Assembly (NCBI RefSeq): GCF_006345805.1
Contig: NC_043003.1
Location: 109,120,001-109,184,000 of the forward strand
DNA from: Octopus sinensis
Taxonomy: Eukaryota
Direction of reading: 5' to 3'
DNA: 64,000 bases
Within the stretch, counting starts at the first letter, position 1; every line of letters starts with the position of its first letter. This document shows, one piece after another, positions 52,573 through 64,000 of the stretch. Made by a program: the position numbers and the translations under genes. The notes beneath the pieces are model-generated. The model had not been told where the DNA came from, did not search any database, and worked only from the letters and a program-made list of their open reading frames with translations.

Positions 52573-54035
52573 AAAAGGAAATGAAGAAAATGCTGACAAA
52601 ATAATTTAAGTAAGGGAGAGTGTATTTAATTAGGTGAAAGTTCTTTTTACTGGTTGCGCATTTGTTATGCTTATCAAAATATATTTTTAAGAGAGATAGA
52701 GTCCTTTCTGATAGATTTTTTTCTCTTATCTGACTTTATGTTGGGTTTGCTGTCTCTTATATGTGAAAAAAGAGGCTCCAGAGTTGTTTAAGATTTGCTT
52801 GGTTTCGCGCCTAAAATTTCTTGTGGACAATGGTCAATAAAATTTTGATTGGTCATTATAAAGGGGTCACATGAATGTTTGAATGGAAGTTGGTGTTGGG
52901 GTAAGAAAATAGGCTCCAGAGATGTTAAAATTTGGCTAGTGTCACGCCTAAAATTTCTTATTGGTCATAATAAAGAGGTCACATGGATGTGGTCATAATA
53001 GAGAGGTCATGTGAATGTTTAGAATGAATGATGGTGTGGGTGGTGTATGGAGTTTTCGAAAATAGCATTGTTGAAAATTCTTATTGTTCAGGCTGGTCAG
53101 TAGACGTCATGTGGATATTTTAAATAGCCTTTTAGCGCATAGTTAAGGAGTGTATTTTCCACTTGACTGATTGAGCTGGATAAGTAAGTTCGTTTAGGAC
53201 AGGAAGAGCTATATGCATGTATGTGTGCACACGTGTGTGTGTGTGTTTACATGTATGTTGGGGCGCGCGCGCGTGTATATATGTGTGCATGTGTGGGTAC
53301 AATTTTCAATATTTATAGTTCTGCTGGCCTTGTGCCTGTATCGGCAAGCAACGTGTTTGTGTGAAGTCAATATTTACAGTCATTTCCAAAAAATAGTGTT
53401 GGATGTTTTGCACCTGTATCAAATTATTTTGCACCCGTATCAAATTATAATTTGATACGGGTGCAAAACATCCAACACTATTTAAAATATCCACATGACG
53501 TCTACTGACCAGCCTGAACAATAAGAATTTTCAACAAAGCTATTTTCGAAAACTCCATACACCACCCACACCATCATTCATTCTAAACATTCACATGACC
53601 TCTCTATTATGACCACATCCACGTGACCTCTTTATTATGACCAATAAGAAATTTTAGGCGTGACACTAGCCAAATTTTAACATCTCTGGAGCCTATTTTC
53701 TTACCCCAACACCAACTTCCATTCAAACATTCATGTGACCCCTTTATAATGACCAATCAAAATTTTATTGACCATTGTCCACAAGAAATTTTAGGCGCGA
53801 AACCAAGCAAATCTTAAACAACTCTGGAGCCTCTTTTTTCACATATAAGAGACAGCAAACCCAACATAAAGTCAGATAAGAGAAAAAAATCTATCAGAAA
53901 GGAACTCTATCTCTCTTAAAAAAATATATTTTGATAAGCATAACAAATGCGCAACCAGTAAAAAGAACTTTCACCTAATTAAATACACTCTCCCTTACTT
54001 AAATTATTTTGTCAGCATTTTCTTCATTTCCTTTT
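52573..54035. repeat. Long fold-back: ~555-bp inverted arms around a 350-bp spacer
   Basis: 52573-53127 versus 53478-54035, about four differences by eye. Confidence 0.95.
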
Positions 54036-54075
54036 TTTATATATCACAACTTGTGTTCCACATCTCCTTTTTTAA

Positions 54076-54096
<21 letters not shown>

Positions 54097-54109
<13 letters not shown>

Positions 54110-54350
54110 TTAGAGACAAAACCACTATTTTGCAAATCAAACAAGGAAAGACTTAATCAATACATAAAAAAATTTTAATATAAAGTAAATAAATCGCCAC
54201 TACAATTGTTTCCTGTCTTGTCATTTGAAGACAGGAAACAATTGTAGTGGCGATTTATTTACTTTATATTAAAATTTTTTTATGTATTGATTAAGTCTTT
54301 CCTTGTTTGATTTGCAAAATAGTGGTTTTGTCTCTAATTAATATTATATA
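54097..54350. repeat. Perfect palindrome, 123-bp arms, 8-nt loop
   Basis: 54097-54219 is the exact reverse complement of 54228-54350. Confidence 0.95.
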
Positions 54351-54425
54351 ATATTTTACTATAAAATTGGATTCAATCCTAAATCTGATTTTTCCTGTAA
54401 ATTTGGATTTATTCCCTAATATTAT

Positions 54426-54489
<64 letters not shown>

Positions 54490-54544
54490 GTATGTATATA
54501 TGTATGTATGTATGTATGTGTGTGTGTGTATGTATGTATGTATG

Positions 54545-55042
54545 GTTGGGTCGTCGGCGACTAAACCGGCAACCCCACCAAGCTTGCTTTGTGAGGAGGG
54601 TGTTTATCGGACACCCTATGGGATGAAAAACAAAACCCGTCAAAGGGCGGAGGAACTCTTGAGAGTCAATGGCCATCCAATAAATGTCTTAAGGCTGTAT
54701 CATGTTCGGGGGCATAGAAATAATCAGTCTGAATACCCGGTCGTGTGGTCAAGCCATTGGGGGTGAAGAACTCCTAGCCTTTGTTAGGGCTTCCTTCTAG
54801 GAAAAGGTAACTCAGGTAACTGGGATAACTCCAACATAAAACCTGCAGCTCAGTGGTTACCGATGATGTTGACTCGTTCTTCTTTCCGGATTATGGCTGC
54901 TGTTGCTTAGTGAGTGAGATTGACTCAGTGCACAGCCTTTCCTCACTTAAAAAAAAATCTTCTTGCACAGGCATTGCATGATAACAACATTGATTAAGCT
55001 TCATGCAATGGCCATACTCAATAATGAGGGGGCAGCCACCAC
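54545..55042. mobile_element. Family F repeat, opposite orientation
   Basis: Reverse complement of 34390-34910. Confidence 0.85.
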
Positions 55043-55356
55043 ATATATATAAATGTTAAGGAGAATTCAAAAGGTTCAACAATCTATATAAACATATATT
55101 CCACCATGGATCGATGTATGTCAGTTTTTAAATATATAAAAATCTATCAATCATTAAAATATTAAAACATTAAAAATCTATGAATACATAGATATATAAA
55201 AATTTGATATACATATATAAATAGACAAATGGAACCAGGCTATAAAAGGGAAGATGAATAAAAGTATAGATGTATAAAGATATATAGAGAGACATTTAGA
55301 ATTGCAATCATATCAAATGGCATTGTAAAAATTATTTAAGAATAAATTTGCCCTTA

Positions 55357-55521
55357 GATGTGGGAGTGGCTGTGTGGTAAGTAGCTTGCTTATGAACCAC
55401 ATGGTTCTGGGTTCAGTCTCACTGCATGGCACTTTCGGCAAGTGTCTTCTACTATAGCCTCAGGCCGACCATAGCCTTGTGAGTGGATTTGGTAGACGGC
55501 AACTGAAAGAAGCCCATCGTA

Positions 55522-55566
<45 letters not shown>

Positions 55567-55771
55567 ATATGTTTGTGTGTCTGTGTTTGTCCCCCCAACA
55601 TCGCTTGACAACCAATGCTGGTGTGTTTACATCCCCGTAACTTAGCGTTCAGCAAAATAGACCGATAGAATAAGCACTAAGCTTACAAAGAATAAGTCCT
55701 GGGGTCGATTTGCTCGACTAAAGGCGGTGCTCCAGCATGGCCACAGTCAAATGACTGAAACAAGTAAAAGA
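55357..55771 (+). mobile_element. SINE family B, full length
   Basis: A box TGGCTGTGTGG, B box GGGTTCAGTCT, CORE-like segment, tail GAAACAAGTAAAAGA. Confidence 0.9.
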
Positions 55772-56189
55772 GTCAAAAAGAGAGTTACGAAAACAGCGAA
55801 TAAAGAAAAATTGTAGCATTGAGATTGGATTTTTCAAAAAACATCTGTAAATAATCCAAGAAAATAAGTTATCCTGTTTAGATCAACTGCTGGTGGTAGT
55901 CCTCATGGCTGCTTCAGGGGCACAGTAATCCAGAGATTTTAAGGGTATTTTCACTCCAAAATTGGATACTGCTTCCTCCATCAGAGAGAGTGTATTATTC
56001 AAGATTCACATTTTGTATATTGAATTTTCATATATTTATGTATTCATAGATTTTTAATATGTTTTAATATTTTAATGACTGATACATTTGTATATTTAAG
56101 TCCTCTGCCAGTGCCACATAAAAGCACTCAGCACACACTGTGAAGTGGTTGGCATTAGGAAGGGCATCCAGCTGTTAGAATCCAAGCAT

Positions 56190-56497
56190 GGAGGCGCATG
56201 GCCTAGTGGTTAGAGCAGCGGACTCGCAGTCGAGGGATCGCAGGTTCGAATCTCAGATCAGGCAATGTGTGTGTTTATGAGCGAAACACCTAAGCTCCAC
56301 GCGGCTCCAGCAGAAGGTAATGGCGAACTTCTGCTGACTCTTTCGCCACAACTTTCTCTCACTCTTTCCTCCTGCATCTTGCAGCTCACCTGTGATGAAC
56401 TGGCATCCCATCCAGGTGGGGAACCTATATGCCAAGGAAACTGGGAAACCAGCCCTTATGAGCCAGGTGTGGCCCGAGAAGGAACAAACAACAAAAC
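56190..56497 (+). mobile_element. tRNA-headed SINE (distinct family) inserted in a family C tail
   Basis: A box TGGCCTAGTGG, B box GGTTCGAATC; AATCCAAGC / AATCCGAGC at 56179 and 56498 (TSD-like). Confidence 0.85.
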
Positions 56498-57359
56498 AAT
56501 CCGAGCCAAATCAGGTAAGAACCTGGTGCAGCGCTCCAGCTTGCCAGCTCTGATCAAACCATCCAACCTATGCCACACATGGAAAATAGATGTTAACGGA
56601 TGATGATGATGATGAGGATGATGATGATATATTCCTGGTTGTGGCATATAATTGGTCAGAAAATTGACATTTGTTTTGCATCTACTATTGCACTCAGTAA
56701 TACAGATGACTCATTATACTTGATGGCTGGAAGCCTCTTTGATGCAAGAAGTTAATGTACAGTCTTGGCCAGCTTAGTGGTAAAAAGAAAAACAAAAAAA
56801 GGTTGAATGAAAGGGAGATAATAAAGTGGTAGTGATCCCAACAAGAGAAGGTGCATGTGTGTGTATGTGAGAATGGTGTGTGACTGTGTAAGTGTGTGTG
56901 TGTGTAAATAGGGGCGAGTGACTCTGATGTATGTGAGTGTGTACGTGGGTAACGTGTGTGTGTGTGTGTGTGTGTTGTGTGTAGCAGTTGATGTGTGCTT
57001 TTTCATGTGGCGTGTGCGCATGTGTATGTGTGTCTGTGACCAAACAGTGTGCATGGGTATGCCATATATGTGGGCAAAAGATATCTTTGTCTATGTATGT
57101 TGTGTGCGTTAATGCGCATTGTGTGTGTGTGTGTGTATACATAGCCTGTGTTCAGGTACTGTGTGCTTGTGTGGGAGTGGGAGTGTGCGTGATGGTGTGT
57201 AGTGTGGGTACTGAGTTAAATAGTGTGTGTGTCTGCCCATATGTGGTATGTGTGGTGATATTATTGAAGATTGTGTGTGGGTATGTGGATGATGGTGTGT
57301 GGATGGGTGTTGGGAAGTGGTCAGCACCAGTGTGTGTGGAGTGGTGTGGAGTTGGTATC

Positions 57360-58195
57360 AAATGAAGAGAGGTGGTGAGGTTGGTGTCAGATGAAGAGAG
57401 AAGGTGAGTTGAGCCCATGTGGCACAAAAGAAAAGATGAATTACTGTCCACGGTGAAGGTGGAAGTGCGGAAGGCCCCTGTGCAAAGACAGTCTGAACAC
57501 AGACAGATGTTGTAGTGAAGGACTGGTAGAGTGGAAATGGTGTGAGACTGGGGTGTCATTGCTAAGTCTGATGTCTTGGAAGCGCTCTGTGAACTGGTTG
57601 ACCAAGCAGCATCCCATTTGGCTAATGTACAGGGAAGGACAGATGGCAATCCACGCCCAGTTGAGATGAAGCCAGAGGAAACTCTGGTGGAAGTCCGAAG
57701 CACCTCTGATGTGTAAATCGATTGTCGGAACTGGATGTAGGGGAAAAAGACCAACTGAGCCATCTAGTAGCTGGACGAGACATTCGAAGACCGAAGTGGA
57801 GAAGTTTCTGGTTAAGCACAGGTCAGTCGGTCTTAAGAAGTGGGTGAAAGCTTCCCCAAAAGGTGCTGAAGAGCAGGAGATGCAGTAAATGATGTTACTA
57901 GCAGTGAAGGTAAAGGAGTCGCAGATGTGATAGGGACGATGATGGGTGCTTGTGAGGATGGTGGTGTTGGTGTGGTAAGGCAGGTGTGACAGCATGGGTG
58001 GGGATAGGGGAATAAACTAGGCTGAGAAGTGGGGTTAGGAAAAAGAAACTGTGGACCAGAAGGTCATATGGGTTATGGGCTCATTTGAAGGAGGGAAGGG
58101 GTAGGCTGGGGAAGATGTGCGAGGTGAAGGGGTTGGACTGGAGTTGCCAGAAGGTTTGGAGAATGGTGCATTGGATAGGCAGGGTGATGTGGTTG
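57360..58195 (-). pseudogene. Decayed Penelope-like element, GIY-YIG region, interrupted by rRNA fragments
   Basis: Minus: LQSNPFTSHIFPSLPLPSFK...DLLVHS...SNIIYCISCS | CPSLYISQMG...DIRLSNDTPVSHHFHS...LNSPSLFI. Confidence 0.85.
57641..57868 (+). pseudogene. Chimeric 28S rRNA pseudo-fragment (two non-adjacent segments)
   Basis: GAAGCCAGAGGAAACTCTGGTGG...CCATCTAGTAGCTGG (57668-57774), then GAAGACCGAAGTGGAGAAG...GGTCAGTCGGTC(T)TAAG; both match conserved eukaryotic LSU sequence recalled from memory. Confidence 0.85.
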
Positions 58196-59340
58196 GTGAG
58201 TGCTAGAATAAGAATAGCCTGGGCAAAGTTCAGAGAGCTCTTACCTCTGCTGGTGACAAAGGGTCTCTCTCTTAGAGTAAAAGGTAGAATGTATGACGCA
58301 TGTGTGTGACTGCCATGCTACATGGCAGTGAAACATGGGCTGTGACTGCTGAGGACATGTGTTAACTTGCAAGGAATAAAGCCAGTATGCTCAGATGGAT
58401 GTGTAATGTCAGTGTGCATACGTGGCAGAGTGTAAGCACACTGAGAGAAAAGTTGGATTTAAGAAGAATCAGTTGTGGTATGCAAGAGAGACAACTGTGC
58501 TGGTATGGTCATGTGTTGCGAATGAATGAGGACAGCTGTGTGAAAGTGTCACACCCTAGCAGTTCCTCGAGGGAACCTGTGGAAGAGGTAGACCCAGGAA
58601 AACCTGGGATGAGGTGGTAAAGCACAATCTTCGAACATTGGGCCTTACCGAGGCAATGACTAGTGACTGGGATCTTTAGAGATATGCTGTGCTTGAGAAG
58701 ACCTGACAAACCAATTGAGACCATAACCCATGGCATATGCCAGTGGGTGTAACCAGCCCATTTATGAATACCCCTCATTCATTGGACAATAAACCTTGCT
58801 TGTGAAGACCTGTTGAGGCAAGTGAAATCAAAATCAAAATTGCTGATGTGGCCGACGTCACTACCACCTGATTGGCATTCATGCCAGTGGAATGTTAAAA
58901 GCACATCTGAACGTGGGGTGTAACCGGGCCACTAATGAGTACCCGGGCCACTTATGAGTGCCAGTGGAATGTTAAAAGCACTTCCGAACATGACTGTTGC
59001 CATGGCCACGGATTGGCTCCCATGCTGGTGGCACATGAAAAACAACATTTGAGCATGGTCGTTGCCAGTGCTGCCGGACTGGCTCCTGTGCAGGTAGCGA
59101 GTAAAAACACCTTTTGACCATGAGCGTGGTCGTTGCCAGAACTGCCTGATTGGCCCTCATGCCAGTGGCATGTAAAAAGCACCCACTACACTCTCAGAGT
59201 TGTTGGCATTAGGAAGGGCATCCAGCTGTAGAAAACTTTGCCAGACCAGATTGAGCCTGGTGCAGCCTTTGGCTCACCAGTCCTCAGTCAAACCGTCCAA
59301 CCCATACCAGCATGGAAAGCAGACATTAAACGATGATGAT
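58190..59340 (+). mobile_element. 5'-truncated RTE LINE: ORF C-terminus plus full 3' UTR and (GAT)n tail
   Basis: SARIRIAWAKFRELLPLL...RVKGRMYDACV*TAMLHGSETW...MLRWMCNV...LREKL...WYGHVLRM, followed by the family C UTR. Confidence 0.92.
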
Positions 59341-59409
59341 AAGACAGCATATTGATACTGGTGCTGGTGCTACACACACGCACATTATATATATATACAC
59401 ACACACTAT

Positions 59410-59620
59410 AAATAAGGGTATCTGAGAGATATCACCATGTTGAAATCGCAGTCAAGACCCTGTCTCCAAAAACCACTTTAAATGTTCATATCGTGCCATG
59501 AGATAAGACAGTTTTTTATAGTTTTAAATAATTATTACCTTTGTATGGTATTTATTCCCATGCTGGCCACTTGATAAAATCGATATTTAAATATCGATAT
59601 TATCCTTATTTATAAATTTA
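59410..59620. repeat. (TA)n-abutting repeat of the 430-600 family (inverted box plus forward arm ending CCTTATTTATA)
   Basis: Direct similarity to 461-600. Confidence 0.7.
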
Positions 59621-59642
59621 TATATATTCATATATATATATA

Positions 59643-59680
<38 letters not shown>

Positions 59681-59757
59681 CACACACACACACACATATA
59701 TATATATACATATTATATACATATACATATATATAATATATATATATATATACATAT

Positions 59758-59792
<35 letters not shown>

Positions 59793-59847
59793 CATATTAT
59801 ATACATATACATATACATAGATATATATATATATATTATATATATAT

Positions 59848-59881
<34 letters not shown>

Positions 59882-59924
59882 ATATATATATATATAATAT
59901 ATATATATATAAATACACAGAAGT

Positions 59925-60100
59925 CTGACACTGGTGCTATACACTCTGTGGAGTGAGTGGTGTTAGGAAGGGTATCCAGCTGTAGAAACCTTGCCAGAAC
60001 AGACAATGGAGCCTGATGTACCCCCTGGCCCTACTAGCTCCATTCGAACCGTTCATCTCATACCAGCATGGAAAACAGAAGTTCAATGATGATGATGATA
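59925..60100 (+). mobile_element. Family C tail
   Basis: GTTAGGAAGGGTATCCAGCTGTAGAAA. Confidence 0.75.
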
Positions 60101-60101
60101 C

Positions 60102-60136
<35 letters not shown>

Positions 60137-61384
60137 CAGAGAGAGAACTGATAGACAGGTAGATAGATAGTAACACATTTACTCAATAAAAACCCAATAA
60201 ATACCTAAATATAAAGGGAGAAAGAAATAATTTGAATGTAAATTTAAACAAATTTCCAGTATAAAACTATAAAATTGCACTGATGAAAGATAACCAACCC
60301 AAAATATAGCCTGGACGTATACGAACAAAATATATCTTTAAATATTCTTGATTTCTATAGCAAATATTTGTGTCTCTGTATATATATTTAGAGGTTTGAT
60401 TGCCAATATTTTGGCTAGTTATGGTTGGACTTGATATCAGCTGAAGAGATAAATATCCAGTGCTGTTTCACATCCATCTATATACAAAATGATAATATTA
60501 GTCATCCATGAACATTACTCTTCTTTTAAAGTATGTGTGAGCCCACTTCGGATTTTTATGTTTGAAGCATTAAAATATATTTTTACCCAATTAAATAAGA
60601 TGAAAAGCATATGATATTTGATTAAGCTGAACCATATGTCAGAGAAAGAAATACGGAGAGAAAAAGCGAGAGAAAGAGAGAGAAAGAGAGAGAGAGAAAG
60701 AGTGAGAAAGAGAGAGAAAGAGAGAGAGAGAGAGAAAGAGAAAGAAAAAAAATTATATGTGAAATAAGGGCAGTACTTTGATCTTTATGTGTGTGTGAAT
60801 GTGTGAGTATGTGTGTGCATGTGTGTGTGTATGTGCGTGTGTATGTGTGGGTGTATGTGCACGTGTGTGTGACTGTGTGTGTGAGAGAGTGTGTGTGTGT
60901 GTATGTGTGTGTGTGAGTGTGTGTGAATGTGCGAGTATGTGTGTGCACGTGTGTGTGTGTGTATGTGTGAGTGTATATGAGTGTGTGTGTGACTGTGTGT
61001 GTGAGAGTGTGTGTGTGTGTGTGCATGTGTGTGTGAGTGTGTGTGTGACTGTGTGTGTGAGAGTGTGTGTGTGTGTGCATGTGTGTGTGTGAGTGTGTGT
61101 GTGTGTGCGTATACATATACATATACACACACTTACATACACATGTGAGCACATAGGTGCTAAATAAGGTGGATAAAACAGTACTTGAATACGAAAAGCA
61201 AAGTAAAACAGTGTTTTATGGAAGTTGGAAAGACTTGACAAACTTTTACTCACAGATCATCAAACTCTCGTGAATATTTAGAACTATTCTATGGTTTATA
61301 AGTAATTATGAATAATGTAGTAATTACTATTTTGTAACTCATCAAATAAACAATTATGACTGATTGGATAGAGAATTATTACTA

Positions 61385-61625
61385 TTCAAAGCACCATCTG
61401 AGTGTGGTCGATGCCAGTGCTGCCTGACTGACCACTGTGCTGGTGGCGTGTAAAAAAGCACCCACTACACTCTTGGAGTAGTTGACATTAGGAAGGGCAT
61501 CCAGCTGTAGAAACATTGCCTGGTGCAGCCTCCTGGCTTGCCTGTCCTCAGTCAAACTGTCCAGCCCATGCCAGCATGGAAAGCAGACATTAAACGATGA
61601 TTATGATGATGATGATGATGATGAA
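61385..61625 (+). mobile_element. Family C tail
   Basis: Core and (GAT)n tail. Confidence 0.8.
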
Positions 61626-61779
61626 AGTAAGGATAGTCTTCTGGGTGAGAAATGACTGACCATAACAAACAAAAACTTTATAAGTGAATTGAAATTAAAT
61701 TAAAAACTAGATGGTATAAATCACCCATACACATGAATGTCGTTTCAATGGGTTACTAAATAATAATTACTACATCAGC

Positions 61780-62070
61780 ATCATCATTATCATCATCATC
61801 GTTTAATGTCTGATTTGGACGGTTCGACTGGGGTCTGGGAAGCCTGGAGGCTGCACCAGGCTCCAATCTGTTCTGGCAGTGTTTCTACAGCTGGATGCCC
61901 TTCCTAACGCCAACCAATCCGTGAGTTTTGTGGGTGCTTTTTACGTACCAGGGTAGGCTGGCAACGGCCACGAATGGTTGGTGCTTTTTACATGCCACCA
62001 GCACGGAAGCCAGTCAAGGCGACACTGGCATCGGCCATGTATGGATGGTGCTTTTTAGGTGCCACCAGCA
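61780..62070 (-). mobile_element. Family C tail
   Basis: Core and (CAT)n. Confidence 0.85.
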
Positions 62071-62459
62071 CATTTATAAATACTTATAAAGCATGGTATC
62101 GATCTAAATACTCATTATATGTGATAATTGGCTACATGAATCTTTCAGTAACAGTTTGTGAAGTCTTTTCATCTTCAGTAATACTACATGTACATAATTA
62201 GCTGTGGAGGTGAGATGTACTGAAAGTATAATTGCTGGAATGAAAGTAGGATGGAGCAAGTTCAGAGAACTATTATCATATTCTAACATGTATAAGGAAA
62301 CTGGTTTTGTCAAAAATTAGGTTAAAAAATATGGGAGTTTCTTATATATGGATAGCATTATAATCCCTTACAAAATTTTTTTTCCAAATTTTAAGCCCCA
62401 CAAATTAGGGGTTTCCTTATACCCGAAGGTTCCTTATACACATTAAAATATGGTGCTTT

Positions 62460-62640
62460 AGTTGGTAACAAACGGCTTCTCTCTCAGAGTGAAAGGCAGA
62501 TTGCGTGATGTTTATGTATGAACAGCAATGCTACATGGTTGTGAAACTTGGGCTGTGAATGCAGAGAACATGCAAAGACTAGAATGAAATGAAGCTAACA
62601 TGCTCTGCTGGACTGGATGTGCAACATCAGTGAGCATGGA
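62460..62640 (+). pseudogene. RTE ORF fragment
   Basis: LVTNGFSLRVKGRL.DVYV*TAMLHGCETWAV; paralogous to 58250-58400. Confidence 0.85.
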
Positions 62641-62704
62641 TAACAGAGTGGGGTCTCTATATATGAATTTACTCCACTCTGGAGCTCTATTCCTCTAGCA
62701 AATT

Positions 62705-62939
62705 TTAAAAAAAAATTTCTTTATTGATCACAAGGGGCTAAACATAGAGGGGATGAATAAGGACAGACAAAGGGATTAAGTCGATTACATCGACCCTAGT
62801 GTATAACTGGTACTTAATTTATCGACCCCGAAAGAACGACAGGCAAAGTCGAACTCAGCGGAATTGGAACACAGAACGTAACGGCAGATGAAATACCGCT
62901 AAGCATTTCACCCGGTAATGTTTCTGCCAGCTCACCGCC
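62705..62939 (-). mobile_element. SINE family A with 15-bp TSD
   Basis: TTCCTCTAGCAAATT at 62690-62704 and 62940-62954. Confidence 0.92.
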
Positions 62940-63207
62940 TTCCTCTAGCAAATTCTTCATTACATGAGTAGTTGGTATACAAATTGGGGATATCCATTCC
63001 AAGCCATGCCGAAACTCAACATATAAGCATGAACTAACGTTTAATTTAAGCTGTTCTTGAGAGAGTTCAAGCCAGTCACTGACAAGTGACAAGACTTTTT
63101 TTCAGTTAAGAGAGTTCCTGGTGTTTGTGAATATGTGGTTGAAGTGGGCGTTTTGGTTGAGCTGTTGATGCATTCACATAAGTGGTGCATCTGCTCACAT
63201 AAGAATC

Positions 63208-63412
63208 TCAGATGGAGAATTTTTGGAATGTCTTATAAATCTGTGCCACTAATAGATTGGATGTGGAGAATCTGTGTCAGTTTCTTTTGCACTTTTTCTG
63301 TGAAACTGTATGTCAAGGTTTTTGTGCAAATTTGTTGGTACGTATGTCTTTTGGTACAAATTTGTTGGCACCTATGATGAATGGTACAAATAGGAATTCA
63401 TTGTCGGTACAA
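63208..63412 (-). mobile_element. RLE-type non-LTR 3' fragment
   Basis: EFLFVPFIIGA...KKLTQILHIQSISGT...KTFQKFSI*; paralogous to 47650-47880. Confidence 0.7.
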
Positions 63413-63484
63413 TGTATGTATGTATGTATGTATGTATGTATGTATGTATGTATGTATGTATGTATGTGTGTGTGTATGTATGTA

Positions 63485-63520
<36 letters not shown>

Positions 63521-63588
63521 CAGATTTGTCTGTTTTATGTATGTATTCTCATGCATATAGTTACATATCTAGACATGCTCATATATAT

Positions 63589-63710
63589 TTAAACGATAAA
63601 CTTCTGGAAAGTTTTACAGATTTTCACAGTTCCTATAGTCTTCGAATTAGCTTTCTCCTTTCTGGTTTTGAGAAGCCTAATTTCTCAAAATTGGTATTTT
63701 ACAAGACTTG
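63589..63710 (-). mobile_element. RLE-type non-LTR 3' fragment
   Basis: NFEKLGFSKPERRKLIRRL / IGTVKICKTFQKFIV*. Confidence 0.7.
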
Positions 63711-64000
63711 CCTGTGCAGTGATCTTAATCCATTTACTTGATAATTTAATCTGGCATTCAAAAGGATTGTAAAGCAATGTAGTAGTGAGCAGTCCAGAAA
63801 ATCCATTCCAAATGTAGCCTAATATAGCAGCTACGTACTTGTTCATTGACGAACAGATTTATTCAGCTCTATTTCCTGAAGGATTCAGTAGTTTATTTGG
63901 TGTCTTTTATCTTCTGTCTTTTGCTGGTTTCAGTCACTAGACTGCAGCCATACTGGAGCACCACCTTGAATTTTTAGTGGAATGTATCAACCTTAGTACT

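Noticed and set aside
55145-56085. ~50-bp AT-rich inverted repeat pair (55145-55192 / 56035-56085)
   Set aside because: Short, low complexity, no TSD; probably two fragments of one repeat family.
56190-56262. tRNA gene
   Set aside because: A and B boxes are present, but there is no acceptor-stem pairing and it continues into a SINE body.
57641-57868. Functional rRNA gene
   Set aside because: Short, internally deleted, diverged and embedded in a retroelement.

Overview
AT-rich animal genomic DNA, saturated with microsatellites and interspersed repeats. The repeat landscape strongly suggests an octopus or other coleoid cephalopod (inferred from repeat style, not from a search), probably intronic or intergenic. 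No intact host gene could be identified; only two weak candidate exons are reported. Almost all long ORFs in the track are microsatellite artefacts. Recognisable coding remnants are all transposon-derived: CR1-type LINEs (1666-2197, 25330-26500, 27045-27250), RTE LINEs (8095-8620, 58190-59340, 62460-62640), RLE-type (R4/Dong-like) 3' ends (47650, 63208, 63589), two Penelope-like GIY-YIG elements (29240-30110, 57360-58195), Tc1/mariner pieces (30293-30548, 42000-42465) and a gag-like zinc knuckle (42447). There are also several tRNA-headed SINE families, piggyBac-like MITEs and Helitron ends. Most notable: (1) a set of fold-back elements embedded in (TA)n that carry complete or half hammerhead-ribozyme motifs, including a 603-bp inverted repeat with one hammerhead per arm and a candidate G3-C8 covariant core; (2) a two-piece 28S rRNA chimera inserted in a Penelope endonuclease and ending near the protostome hidden-break region; (3) a 1.46-kb fold-back with ~555-bp near-identical arms next to a perfect 123-bp-arm palindrome. 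All alignments and folds were done by eye; element boundaries are approximate unless stated.
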